Shown one piece after another: positions 40,780 to 52,408 of a stretch of DNA of 64,000 bases; positions within the stretch are counted from its first letter, which is position 1, and every line of letters begins with the position of its first letter. Under the pieces are notes generated by a model. The model saw only the letters and a list, made by a program, of their open reading frames with translations, made no database searches and was not told the origin of the DNA. This DNA is from Octopus sinensis (lineage: Eukaryota), in NCBI RefSeq assembly GCF_006345805.1, contig NC_043000.1:59272001-59336000 (forward strand). The letters run 5' to 3'. A program made the translations under genes and the position numbers.

Positions 40780-42047
40780 TGCTAGTCAACTGCTATTCCC
40801 AACACGGCTTTGTGCCGAAGAGATCATGCTTGACCAACTTACTAGTAATGGAAGAATTGGTGACGCGCATCCTCGATGATAGTGATGCTGTTGACATCGT
40901 TTTATTGGACTTTGCCAAAGCTTTTGACTCGGTAAACCACCGCCTACTACTTGTCAGCTTCAAGCATATAGTTCCATCCGGATATTGTACAATGGGTTGG
41001 TGCCTTCCTCTCAGATCGCTCCTTCCAAGTTCAAGTTAATGGTTCGCGGTCCGACGTCTCCAGTGCGAGCAGTGGCGTGCCTCAAGGTTCAGTGCTTGGG
41101 CCCTTGTTGTTCTTAGTCTTCATAAATGACTTGCCCCGACGACCTCACGCAACACACCCTTCTATTTGCCGACGATATCAACGGTCGCTTCTCGCGTAGT
41201 AAGAGGATCTTCGTGATTCCTCCACCCAAATTTGGAAGTGGTCTAACGATTGGGACCTGTGTCTGAACGTGTCAAAGTGCTGTCATCTGCCTGTCGCTCT
41301 AATCCTGCAGCTCAACTTGATTTCGAGCCGGGTCGTCTGCTGCTGGAGAGGACCGATCAGGTAAAGGACCGGGTATCTTGGTGGATTCCTCCTTTTCGCC
41401 TTCGGCCCCGTGCGTCCATGCTGTCAACAAGCGCGCGGAATTCTTCTGTTTTTGATTCGACGGTCATTCGGAATGCTCACAGCAGCCATATTCCTGCCAC
41501 TCTATGTCACGCTGGTGAGACCCATATTGGAGTATGGATTCAAGCCTCTTCTCCTATCTCCTCAAAGACATACAGCACCTCGAAAGAGTCCAGAGGCTGG
41601 CTACCCGCATGGTTCATGGTCTCAAAAATTTGTCCTACGAAGAAAGGCTGAGGACGCTCGACCTTTATTCTCTTGAAAAACGCCGCCGCCGTGGTGATCT
41701 CATTCTCGCCCACAACATCATAAGCGGAAGTGTAACCTCTCGAAAGAGCTGTTTTCACTCCTGCTCCGGAGCGTCGGCTGCGGGGTCATTCCGAAAAGCT
41801 CTACCTGCGACGATTTCATCTCAATCGAAGGAGAGGAGCTTTCTCCGTCCGGGTTGCGGATCCGTGGAACAAGCTGCCAGACGAGATGGTGAAGATGCCG
41901 ACGACCGCTTTGTTCAAAGCCTCCCTGGACCTCAAGTGGCCTGAACTCTTTACATGAACACCACCCTGTACTTAACTCCATGTCCCCCTACATGGCCTTG
42001 CTATTTGCTTTTGAGCCAAATTAACTAACTACTAACTAACTAACTAC
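40780..42047 (+). mobile_element. 5'-truncated CR1-clade LINE (RT and C-terminus, 3' UTR, (TAAC)n tail)
   Basis: QHGFVPKRSCLTNLL, DFAKAFDSVNH, SGVPQGSVLGPLLF, LFADD (~41165), LVRPILEY, LERVQRLATRM, RRRRGDLI, F..RV..WNKLP. Stop at 41955-41957 and tetranucleotide tail at 42021-42047. Frameshifts but few stops. Confidence 0.95.
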
Positions 42048-42367
42048 CTATCGCCCTACGTACACACACTTACATACAGACGCACGCACTAACATATACA
42101 TATATTTTTTTCTTATCTATCTCGCCTCACCTCACACACACACTACACACCGCACACGTACACACTCACACATACATACACATTATCTTTCTTATTCTTC
42201 GAGTTGTTACCAACCTCCTTTCTCCGCTCTTTTGTCTTTAAAAACTAGCCCCCGTTATCCAAAACTTCCGGCCTTTCAGCATGTTTTCTTCTTAAAAACC
42301 AGTCGCGTTTTTTTTTTCCCTCCGTTCGCCGCCACCTCGGGATCTTTCTTTCTCTTCCTTCTCTTAT

Positions 42368-42402
42368 GTTTCCGACGAAGAGCTCCGCTCGAAACGTCAT
42401 AC
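42368..42402 (+). ncRNA. Minimal type I hammerhead variant (CCGACGA core) in a PLE-type terminal repeat
   Basis: GTTT-CCGACGA-A-GAGC-TCC-GCTC-GAAA-CG-TC-ATAC: 4-bp stem II, loopless palindromic ACGT stem III, GUC triplet. Confidence 0.6.
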
Positions 42403-42492
42403 CCTCCTTCTTCCCTCTTTCCTGAGCGCCTAATAATAATACTTTAATTGTTCCACGTGTTGTTGTTTTTTCTGTTTTCCCGTTTGGCTTAA

Positions 42493-42538
<46 letters not shown>

Positions 42539-42803
42539 ACACATACGCAAACACACACACATATGCATATATACATGAAGGGATTGTTCTTTATGTTGCC
42601 TGTCTCGTTTCTCTCTTTGTTTCTTTCAGTGTCCCAAAACAAGTTTGTTTTCCATGTTTTTTGTTTTTTTTGTTCTCGTTTTTCATTTTGTTGACGTTTT
42701 TTTAACGTCCGGTACCCATATATGCATGTATAGAATATATATCTATATATATATATATAATATATAATCTAATATATATATATGTAGGTTATGTACATAT
42801 ATG

Positions 42804-42839
<36 letters not shown>

Positions 42840-42915
42840 ATATATATATATATATCCTGCATATATATATTTTTTACATTATTATATGATCGAACGCCAC
42901 GCATCCATTTCCATG

Positions 42916-42950
<35 letters not shown>

Positions 42951-43113
42951 ACATACCTATTTATATATATATATATATATATACACATACATATATACAT
43001 ACATGCATATATATGCATATATATATACCATACATATATACATACCTACATACATACATAATTATATATATATATATATTATATATATAATTATAATATA
43101 CAATCATACATAC

Positions 43114-43170
<57 letters not shown>

Positions 43171-43191
43171 TATTATATATATATATAATAT

Positions 43192-43412
43192 ATATTGCAA
43201 ATAAGAAAATGGAGAAGCACAATAGTTGGTTCATCAACTGTAGGACTTATCAACTGTTAACTTATTTATTTATTCATCTGATAATTATAATAAATTCATA
43301 CATGTAGCATATTATTCTATGCATAGAATAATATGCTATATGTATGTATGTTATTATAATTATTAGTTGATGAACCAACTATTGTGCTTCTCCATTTTCT
43401 TTTTTGCAATAT
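43192..43412. repeat. ~220-bp imperfect fold-back element
   Basis: Outer arms 43192-43239 and 43365-43412, and an inner palindrome centred on CTATGCATAG. A related sequence lies at 46490-46620. Confidence 0.85.
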
Positions 43413-43603
43413 AAATTAATGGTAAAAAATCTCTTTACCTTCACCCATTTAATACACTAGGTAAGTTAATTGCAATGCAATAAAAATCACTTTTGTATTA
43501 ATAATCGGGTATTATACTAACAGTATATTGGATAGATATTATCCCTTAGTGCGTTGGACCCACAACCCCTAACTTTCTTGGAGTTATATATAAATATATA
43601 TAC

Positions 43604-43830
43604 TCTTTACTCTTTTAGTTGTTTCAGTCATCCGACTGCGGCCATGCTGGAGCACCGCCTTTAGTCGAGCAAGTCGACTCCAGGACTTATTCTTTGTAAG
43701 CCTAGTACTTATTCTTTCGGTCTCTTTCGCCGAACCGCTAAGTTACGGGAACGTAACACACCAGCATCGGTTGTCAAGTGATGTTGGGGGGACAAACACA
43801 CACACACACACACCACACACACACACACAC
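43604..43830 (-). mobile_element. tRNA-derived SINE (type A), 3' half
   Basis: Tail GACTGCGGCCATGCTGGAGCACCGCC etc. Confidence 0.88.
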
Positions 43831-43869
43831 ATATATGTATATCTATTTATTTATATATATATATATATA

Positions 43870-45000
43870 CTAGCATTAAAGACCCGTCGTTGCCGGGTCA
43901 TAGTGCTAGTGCATGTATATATGTGTATATATATGTGTACATATTACATGTACATCTATATATATACATCTACACATAAAATACAAAATACAAAGTTATA
44001 CCTTGGTATCGATAGTGATAACAATACTCAAAATATATAACAGACTGGAATTGTTGGCCCGTCTCTTGTAATTTCGATCAATTGTATCTTGTCCTCCCTC
44101 TTGTATAAAAGTGTGGCTACAATCCAGCCTACCTATATTTGGGGTGGGGGATAAAATTTTTTTTCCGGGACGTCTTACGTCCCAGATATAAAGGTAAAAG
44201 TAAAATATTTCCACTTTGCAAGGTTCGAATCGAGTACTCCCTTGCACGCTCCGTTGACTCGAACCTTGTTTCTATTGTGGCGAATTTACCGCCTCTGATT
44301 AGATACCTTTCATAGTCGCACCAAGACACTTTTCGAAGGTGCTTTCCTCCATGTGTTCAAATCTTCTTTTTTCTTTACATTGTATACTTTATTGACAATA
44401 GTCTTTTCTTTAATTTAATTTTTTATTATCTATCTGGACTATTCCATTTCTGCACGCTAATTTTATTTTTAATTTATTCCCATTCATGTGAAACCACTTA
44501 TTCAAGTTCAAATCATTGATGCAATTTTATACCAATTGCTATTTTTACTTTTGTTATGTTACGATTATATTATACTTTAGTTTGATTTTAATTATTACTT
44601 ACTACATATAATTCAATTGTCATTATTTTTTATTGTTAAAGTGAAAGTATCTGACATAAAATAGAGAAACGTTTTTGTTTCACTTTTAACACGTAATACT
44701 GAAATAGTGGAGAAGATATGATATTGCCATGGGCTCGCTCTAGGCAAGAAGTTGAACATTATTTTGCCCATGAAACTACTTGGACCCTAAGTAAGGCATG
44801 TGTAGGAATCGTAGTGGAGAAGATATGATATTGTTGTGGGCTCGCCCTAGGCAAAAAGTTAAAAAAAAAATTTTGCCGATGACACTCCCCGGACCCTAAG
44901 TAAGGCATGTGTAAAATTTGAATGAAATTGGTTGTGTAGTTCTCAAGTTTTAGGGAAACACACAGACAGACACACATTCTCAGTTTTATATATATAAAGA
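43870..45000 (-). mobile_element. Non-autonomous Helitron, 1.13 kb, both termini
   Basis: Minus strand starts A|TCTTTATATATATAAAACTGAG and ends with hairpin GACCCGGCAACGACGGGTC plus CTAG|T, so it is inserted in an AT target. Internal ~105-bp tandem duplication at 44705-44910. Confidence 0.85.
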
Positions 45001-45050
45001 TATATACATATATATACATACATATATATTTTTCTGCTGCTTAAAATAAA

Positions 45051-45092
<42 letters not shown>

Positions 45093-45166
45093 CCCCGGTT
45101 GATTTCGGTCGGGGTTAACCACAGTAAATAGGTACTCAATACATAGCAGAGTAAAATTAATTTATT

Positions 45167-45270
45167 ATATAGAAGGAGTTCTACAGGACTAGAAATGTTT
45201 CATTCAAGAGCTTCCTGAAGATTTCTCTTGAATGAAACAGTTCTAGTCCTGTAGAAGCTCCTTCTATATA
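45167..45270. repeat. Fold-back with ~44-bp arms whose loop and right arm hold a hammerhead-like motif
   Basis: CTGAAGA (45215-45221), TTC/GAA stem II, GAAA (45234-45237), GTC (45246-45248). The left arm is the reverse complement of the right arm. Confidence 0.8.
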
Positions 45271-45274
45271 ATAA

Positions 45275-45335
<61 letters not shown>

Positions 45336-45473
45336 TATCTGTTTGTTGTCTGGGGAGAGTCATTCTCTTTTAGTACCTTATTATTTAACACACTCACCGG
45401 TAAAATTTCCACTTGTTCTAATTTTTTTATTTTTTTATATTATATATATATATATACATTCATATATATATAT

Positions 45474-45523
<50 letters not shown>

Positions 45524-45894
45524 ATATATATGTATGTGTGTGGTGTGTGTGTATGCATGTATGTATGTGTATGTGAATACATAATATATAGACTCTGCAT
45601 GTGTCTATGTATATGTGCCTGTGTGTATGTGTGCGTGTGTGTGTATATATATATATATATATACTTTACATGTGTATGTAATGTGCATAATATGTACATA
45701 CAAGCATACACACATACATAAGTATATGCAGGCGTCTGCATTTTTATATAGTTGTGCGTTTATTGTTTAAAAGAGGAAACAATGTGAAAACATTTTTTGT
45801 GTTTATGCATGTCGATACGTGCATGTACACACACATACATACGCATACACATACATACATGGAACTATGTATGTGTATGTGTATGTGCGTGCAT

Positions 45895-46091
45895 TCTTTC
45901 ATTCTGTTAGTAGTTTCAGTCATTTGACTGCGGCCATGCCGGAGCACCGTCTTTAGTCGAACGAATTCTTCGTCCCAGGACTTATTCTTTGTAAGCCTAG
46001 TACTCTTAGGCCGAACCGCTAAGCTACGGCGAGGTAAACACACCAACATCGGTTGTCAAGTGATGGTGGGGGGATAAACACACACACAAAT

Positions 46092-46160
<69 letters not shown>

Positions 46161-46352
46161 CGACGGGCTTCTTTCAGTTTCCGTATGTATGTATATAAGT
46201 ATGTATGTGGCGCAATTAAGACAGAACTGAAAGCGCATTGTGAGCGGCAGAGTACACTACCATCTGATGGTCTGGACGATACTGTGATGTAGCTATGTAT
46301 ATATGTGTGTGTGTGTATATGTGTGTGTGGTGTATGTGTGTGTGGTATGTGT

Positions 46353-46391
<39 letters not shown>

Positions 46392-46743
46392 TTCTTGTAT
46401 ATTATGGCTTTTCGGCAGAGTGGAGACGTGTAATTTAGTGGTTAGAGTATTGGACTCATGATCGTAAGATTGCGGTTTCGATTCCTGGACCGAATAATAT
46501 AGTATATTATTCCCGCAAAGAATAATATGCTATATGTATGTATGTTATTATAATTATCAGTTTAATAAATAAATAAGTTAACGTTTTAATGTCGTAAAGT
46601 TGATGAACAAACTATTGTTCGGCCTTGTACTCTTAGGCCGAACCGCTAAGCTACGGCGAGGTAAACACACCAACATCGGTTGTCAAGTGATGGTAGGGGA
46701 CAAACACACACACACACACACACACATACACGCATACACACAA

Positions 46744-46822
<79 letters not shown>

Positions 46823-46875
46823 TGTATATATGTACGACGGGCTTCTTTCAGTTTCCGTCTACCAAATCCACTCAC
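45895..46875 (-). mobile_element. Two type A SINE fragments sharing the same internal deletion, plus a tRNA-like head at about 46420-46490
   Basis: TACTCTTAGGCCGAACCGCTAAGCTACGGCGAGGTAAACACACC occurs at about 46001 and 46628. Confidence 0.8.
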
Positions 46876-47096
46876 GTGTGCATGTGCTTAATACTCTGCG
46901 TATGTTTTATACACTATATATACATGTTCTCGCAATTATATTGTATTTACAAATACATGTATTTGTTTGTTACTGTTCAAAAGTTTCGATGTTCGCTTTT
47001 CCTTTTACATTATGGTCTTACATATGTAATATAGAACGTTGGAGACCATGGCTTAAATAAAATTACCAAAGCAAGTTGTAGACAAAAACTCCTTCG

Positions 47097-47421
47097 TAAC
47101 TGGTACTTAATTTATCGACCTCGAAAGAATGAAAGGCAAAGTGGACCTCGGCGGAATTTGAACTCACAACGTAGCAGCAGACGAAATACCAATTTCTTTA
47201 CTACCCACAAGGGGTTAAACACAGAGAGGACAAACAAGGACTGACAAACGGATTAAGTCGATTACATCGACCCCAGTGAGTAGCTGGTACTTAATTTATC
47301 GACCCCGAAAGGATGAAAGGCAAAGTCGACCTCGACGGAATTTGAACTCAGAACGTAACGGCAGACGAAATACGGCTACGCATTTCGCCCGGGGTGGTAA
47401 CGATTCTGCCAGCTCGCCGCC
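47097..47421 (-). mobile_element. Type B SINE dimer, 184-bp period
   Basis: Head GGCGGCGAGCTGGCAGAATCG at 47421. ACGAAATAC recurs at 47181 and 47365. Confidence 0.9.
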
Positions 47422-48169
47422 TTTGATTACCTATAGTTAATCTGAAAGTTTTGTATTTCCGGCGATGCGACTATGTCATTTTTTGTCAAGAATAAACATG
47501 AAAACAGTCTACTCACCTTGCTGCCGCCGTTGTCACTCGAGCATCCAATTTTCAACTCTTAAAAGTTGTCGTTTAAGTTCTCTGGTTTGACTGTTAGTAA
47601 CATGGAACTTGTGAAACATAACTCTGTAGATTCATATACTTCAGAAGTAACGCTACAACCTCAAGGCTAATTTAAAAGTCAGGAAGATTGTATTTTTAAT
47701 CAATACCCATTAAAGTATGTATATCTATCCTTCTATGTATCTCACAAATACATTTTACAGTGCTTGTTTACATTTTTGCCTTCATATATACACTTAAGAT
47801 ATATACGTGTAAGCATGCATGAGTAAATGTGTGTGTGTGTGTGTAAAACTTGCGTTCAAAAGAAATGTGCAGTTGTAATAAAATATTTTAAGGCGTATAT
47901 TTAATTATTTATATGTAATTGTGTAACTTTACACTTTATATCTATGGAGCGCGACAAGAAGGCATCAGTCGTTGTTGTGACTTGTTTACTGTCTGAATTA
48001 CTTCATTGAACACATCTGGTGAATGAAATATGAGTAAGTGAAACTGTAAAAATAGACACAAATATTTCTGTGGTTTACTTGGATGTGTGCATGCCTTGGG
48101 AATGTATATGCATCTTTTACGCGTGTTCTGTTGAGTATGCATGTGTGAGCGTTGTCAGTCGATGAATGT

Positions 48170-48830
48170 TTAATGATATGATGGAGGAAGGAAACAGAAG
48201 AGAGAAAGGATGAGAAAATGCTGAAAGAAATGGAAACTGTGGCGGTTGAATAAATGAAATAAGAGAGAGAGAGAGAGAGAGAGAGGGGGATGGAGAGAGA
48301 GAGAACGTGAAGGAGAGGGGTGAGGCGGAGAAGGGGAAGATAGATGGCGAAAATTAATTTGAATTGAAAGACAGTGCGAATTGAGAAGAAAAGTAGGGAG
48401 AGGAAGAAAAACAGAGGAGCAACAAAGTAGCAACAACAAAGAAAGGAAAAAGAAAAAAGGGGAAATTGAGAGAAAGAATGAGAGACAAAAAAAAAAGGAT
48501 CAAATAAAGAAATAATAAAGCAAGGATAAACAGAAGAATAAAGGATAGAAAATGAGCGAAGAGGGAACGAAGAGAAAGACAGAAAATGGTAAAATATGAA
48601 GTTGAATACTAAAAGGAAAGTGATATTAGTGAACGAGAAAGAAAGAAAGAAAGAAAGAAAGAAGGAAAGAAAGAAGGAAAGGAAGAAAGAAAGAAAGAAA
48701 GAGAGAAAGAAAGAAAGAAATAAAGAAAGAAAGAAAGAAAGAACGAAAGAAAGAATGGGTGGGGAGAGAAAGAGATAGCAGGAGATGAGGGAAGAAACAA
48801 AGAGAAAGAGATAGGGGGAGGGAAAGAAGA
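48170..48830. repeat. Purine-rich (GA/GAAA)n low-complexity tract
   Basis: Direct inspection. Confidence 0.92.
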
Positions 48831-49724
48831 AATCTGTGAATTTCTAATGTTCGTTTGAGAGGAACAACAGAAAGAAAAGTTGTTGAAGGATGATTGAGTA
48901 CGTTGATTAAAGGAGATAAAAGGATAACATTTTGTATAAGGAAAAACATATTCATATTTACGCTAACTAGTAAAACAAACATGAGATGATTCAGTACACT
49001 ATCGATTTTACCAACACAGAGATATTTGCTTGTGAGTGAGGATGAGCGTGTTGATAAGGTACCACCAGACACGCAACTAAAAGTATGCGGATCATATTTT
49101 GTTATTCAACAAATCTATCCGATCAAATGAGGGTGAATCAATGCCTGGGAACTCCAACCTGGGGGTCCATGAGCCTCATAGTATTGGCGGTCTGTGAACC
49201 GAGTTCAGAGATTGTTGATTAAACAACTATTTCAAAAGCTTACAGTCAGTGCCGGATTTAGGACAAATGAGGCCCTGTGCTAGTTAAGTTATGAGGTCCC
49301 TTACTTATGAGGGCTCTTACTTGGCTCCTTTATGTTAAAAAATAACATGTAAAAGCATTCACATAATTAGTTTCACTTCTATAACTTTTAGGAAAAACAT
49401 TAGAACGTTTAACATTTGAAAAATTCGCCGTGAAAAAATTTTGGTACTTTTTGGTTATCTCACTCCTATTAAAAATTGCCATTAAAAAATTGGGTTACCT
49501 CCCCACTAAAAAGTTGAGTTTATGTGGTGACAAGAGATTGAATTAAAAGGGTTAGATCCTTTTGATTCAATACTTCAACACATTGTTGATGTTTGGCCTC
49601 CGCAATAGGTATGGTATGATTTGTTATAAAAATGTTATTAGATTCAGTAAGATGTTTAATTTTTTTAGTTTTCATGTTTATTAATTTTTTCAGTTGTGTA
49701 TGGTTTGTTATAAAAATATTATCA

Positions 49725-50617
49725 GATTCATCCTGAAAGATTGCGTTTCCCTCCGGAAACAGTTCCGCAACCATAGGATGAATTTGATCAGATAAAATGA
49801 CTATTAATTCTGACATGAAGGTGGATTTCCAAGATATAGTCCCACCAGATCATTACAGATCCTCCTCCATGTTTAACAGCTGGGAGAAGGCAGTTTGGGT
49901 CAAATGCTTCTTTTGGCTGTCTCTACGCGTATACTCGGCCGGTGGTCGGAAATAAGGTAAAGGATGACTTATCCCAGAAAATAACATTCTTCCACTGCTC
50001 TAGGGACCATTTCTGTAGGTTTTTACTCCACTATCAGCGCTTTGCAACGTTTGTTTATGAAAGTAGTGGCTTTCTGATTGCAACCCTCCCATGAAATCCG
50101 GCTTTATGTAGCTCCTTTCGAACAGTTTTTGTAGAAACTGGGTTCTCGAGGTGGTCATTAGGCTCTGCAGTAATTTGGGGAGCTGTACTTTTGTGATCCT
50201 TTTTAACAATTCGCGTAAAAGTCCAACGGTCCATATCTGAAAGTTTTGGTTTTCTTCCGGAGTTTTGTTTCGACGAGGAGGTTTTCCCCTCTTTCTCAAA
50301 GGCTATCATTACTTTCGAGACAGTATTTCTTGATACACCAAAAATTTCGGCTGTTTTCGTTACGCTAGCCCCTGCCATACGAGCACCAACAATTTGACCT
50401 CTTTTAAAGTTCGACAGATCTGTCATTTTAATGAATTTTAATTACCTTTTTTCTGATGATATCTGAAGAGAGGCAGCAATTTTAGCAAAGCATATTAAGC
50501 AAAACTAATAATAAATAAAAAAAACATAAAAATAAACAAGCTTTTGACGGTTTTATAGATATTTCAAAATAATGATGCTATAATGCTAGGTGTTTCCATT
50601 ATTTTGTCCAATCCCTG
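49725..50617 (-). mobile_element. 3'-truncated Tc1-like transposon
   Basis: MTDLSNFKRGQIVGARMAGASVTKTA..GRKPKLS..AIRKPLLS, later HPMVAELFPEGNAIFQD. The 5' TIR CAGGGATTGGACAAAATAATGGAAAC abuts TA at 50618. Confidence 0.93.
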
Positions 50618-50645
50618 TATATGTACGTATGCATGTATATCTGTA

Positions 50646-50714
<69 letters not shown>

Positions 50715-51013
50715 TATATATATGTATAATTTCAACAATTGAGGGTAAAATTAATTATTATTAATCATTTCACCAAGTATTCAGTATGCAAAGGGACCAT
50801 TTAAGGCGAATTCAAATTATTACATTATATAAAAGGGCTTAGTAAAATAAATTACTTTACCACATACTGAACTCATTAGAAATAGTAGCTAAAAAAACTT
50901 TTTAAAAACTATTTCTAATACTTAAAGAAAATCTCTCTCATGTAGTGTTTGCTCAATTCAACTCACGAAAGTATGGGGGTAAAGACATTAAAAAATCAAA
51001 TGCAAAGGTTATT

Positions 51014-51065
51014 TGAGAACGTACGTTTCTAGATTAGTCAACTCGACATTTCTATCATCAGCTCA
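51014..51065 (-). ncRNA. Type I hammerhead ribozyme, array copy 1
   Basis: TGAG-CTGATGA-TAGA(AAT)GTC-GAGTT-GAC(TAA)TCTA-GAAA-CGTACG-TT^CTCA. The core is complete and stems I, II and III can all form. Confidence 0.8.
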
Positions 51066-51573
51066 GAACTCCTTGGTTTGGATTTGAAAACACTGAAAGT
51101 GGGAGCATACCCTTTCGGCTTCTTATCGCTTCTGAAGATCTGCTCGAAACTAACAGTGCCAGCAAACTCAAAATATGCAAGCGAAGAATTTATGCTCTCC
51201 CCTTTTCACCAGCGTGGGTTAAAATCAGTAAACACTATGCTTTTTCGGTAAAATCCGAAGCATTAAATAGAGAGAGATGAATTATAATTTCAACAATTGA
51301 GGGTAAAATTAATTAATTATTAATCAATTTCACCAAGTATTCAGTATGCAAAGGGACCATTTAAGGCGAATTCAAATTATTACATTATATAAAAGGGCTT
51401 AGTAAAATAAATTACTTTGCCACATACTGAACTCATTAGAAATAGTAGCTAAAAAAACTTTTTAAAAACTATTTCTAATACTTAAAGAAAATCTCTCTCA
51501 TGTAGTGTTTGCTCAATTCAACTCACGAAAGTATGGGGGTAAAGACATTAAAAAATCAAATGCAAAGGTTATT

Positions 51574-51625
51574 TGAGAACGTACGTTTCTAGATTAGTCA
51601 ACTCGACATTTCTATCATCAGCTCA
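51574..51625 (-). ncRNA. Type I hammerhead ribozyme, array copy 2
   Basis: Identical to copy 1 and 560 nt away on the same strand. Confidence 0.8.
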
Positions 51626-52356
51626 GAACTCCTTGGTTTGGATTTGAAAACACTGAAAGTGGGAGCATACCCTTTCGGCTTCTTATCGCTTCTGAAGATC
51701 TGCTCGAAACTAACAGTGAAACTAACAGTGAATTATAATTTCAACAATTGAGGGTAAAATTAATTAATTATTAATCAATTTCACCAAGTATTCAGTATGC
51801 AAAGTATTCAGTATGTCGAGTTGACTAATCTAGAAACGTACGTTCTCAAATAACCTTTGCATTTGATTTTTTAATGTCTTTACCCCCATACTTTCGTGAG
51901 TTGAATTGAGCAAACACTACATGAGAGAGATTTTCTTTAAGTATTAGAAATAGTTTTTAAAAAAGTTTTTTTAGCTACTATTTCTAATGAGTTCAGTATG
52001 TGGCAAAGTAATTTATTTTACTAAGCCCTTTTATATAATGTAATAATTTGAATTCGCCTTAAATGGTCCCTTTGCATACTGAATACTTGGTGAAATTGAT
52101 TAATAATTAATTAATTTTACCCTCAATTGTTGAAATTATAATTCATCTCTCTCTATTTAATGCTTCGGATTTTACCGAAAAAGCATAGTGTTTACTGATT
52201 TTAACCCACGCTGGTGGAAAGGGGAGAGCATAAATTCTTCGCTTGCATATTTTGAGTTTGCTGGCACTGTTAGTTTCGAGCAGATCTTCAGAAGCGATAA
52301 GAAGCCGAAAGGTATGCTCCCACTTTCAGTGTTTTCAAATCCAAACCAAGGAGTTC

Positions 52357-52408
52357 TGAGCTGATGATAGAAATGTCGAGTTGACTAATCTAGAAACGTA
52401 CGTTCTCA
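52357..52408 (+). ncRNA. Type I hammerhead ribozyme, inverted array copy
   Basis: The same 52-nt motif on the plus strand. A 5'-truncated fourth copy starts at 51814. Confidence 0.8.

Noticed and set aside
51141-51170. Opposite-polarity hammerhead CTGAAGA-TCTGCTC-GAAA-CTAACAGTG in the 560-bp unit
   Set aside because: No stem II pairing, and position 17 would be G, which is not cleavable. An ambisense ribozyme pair is not supported.
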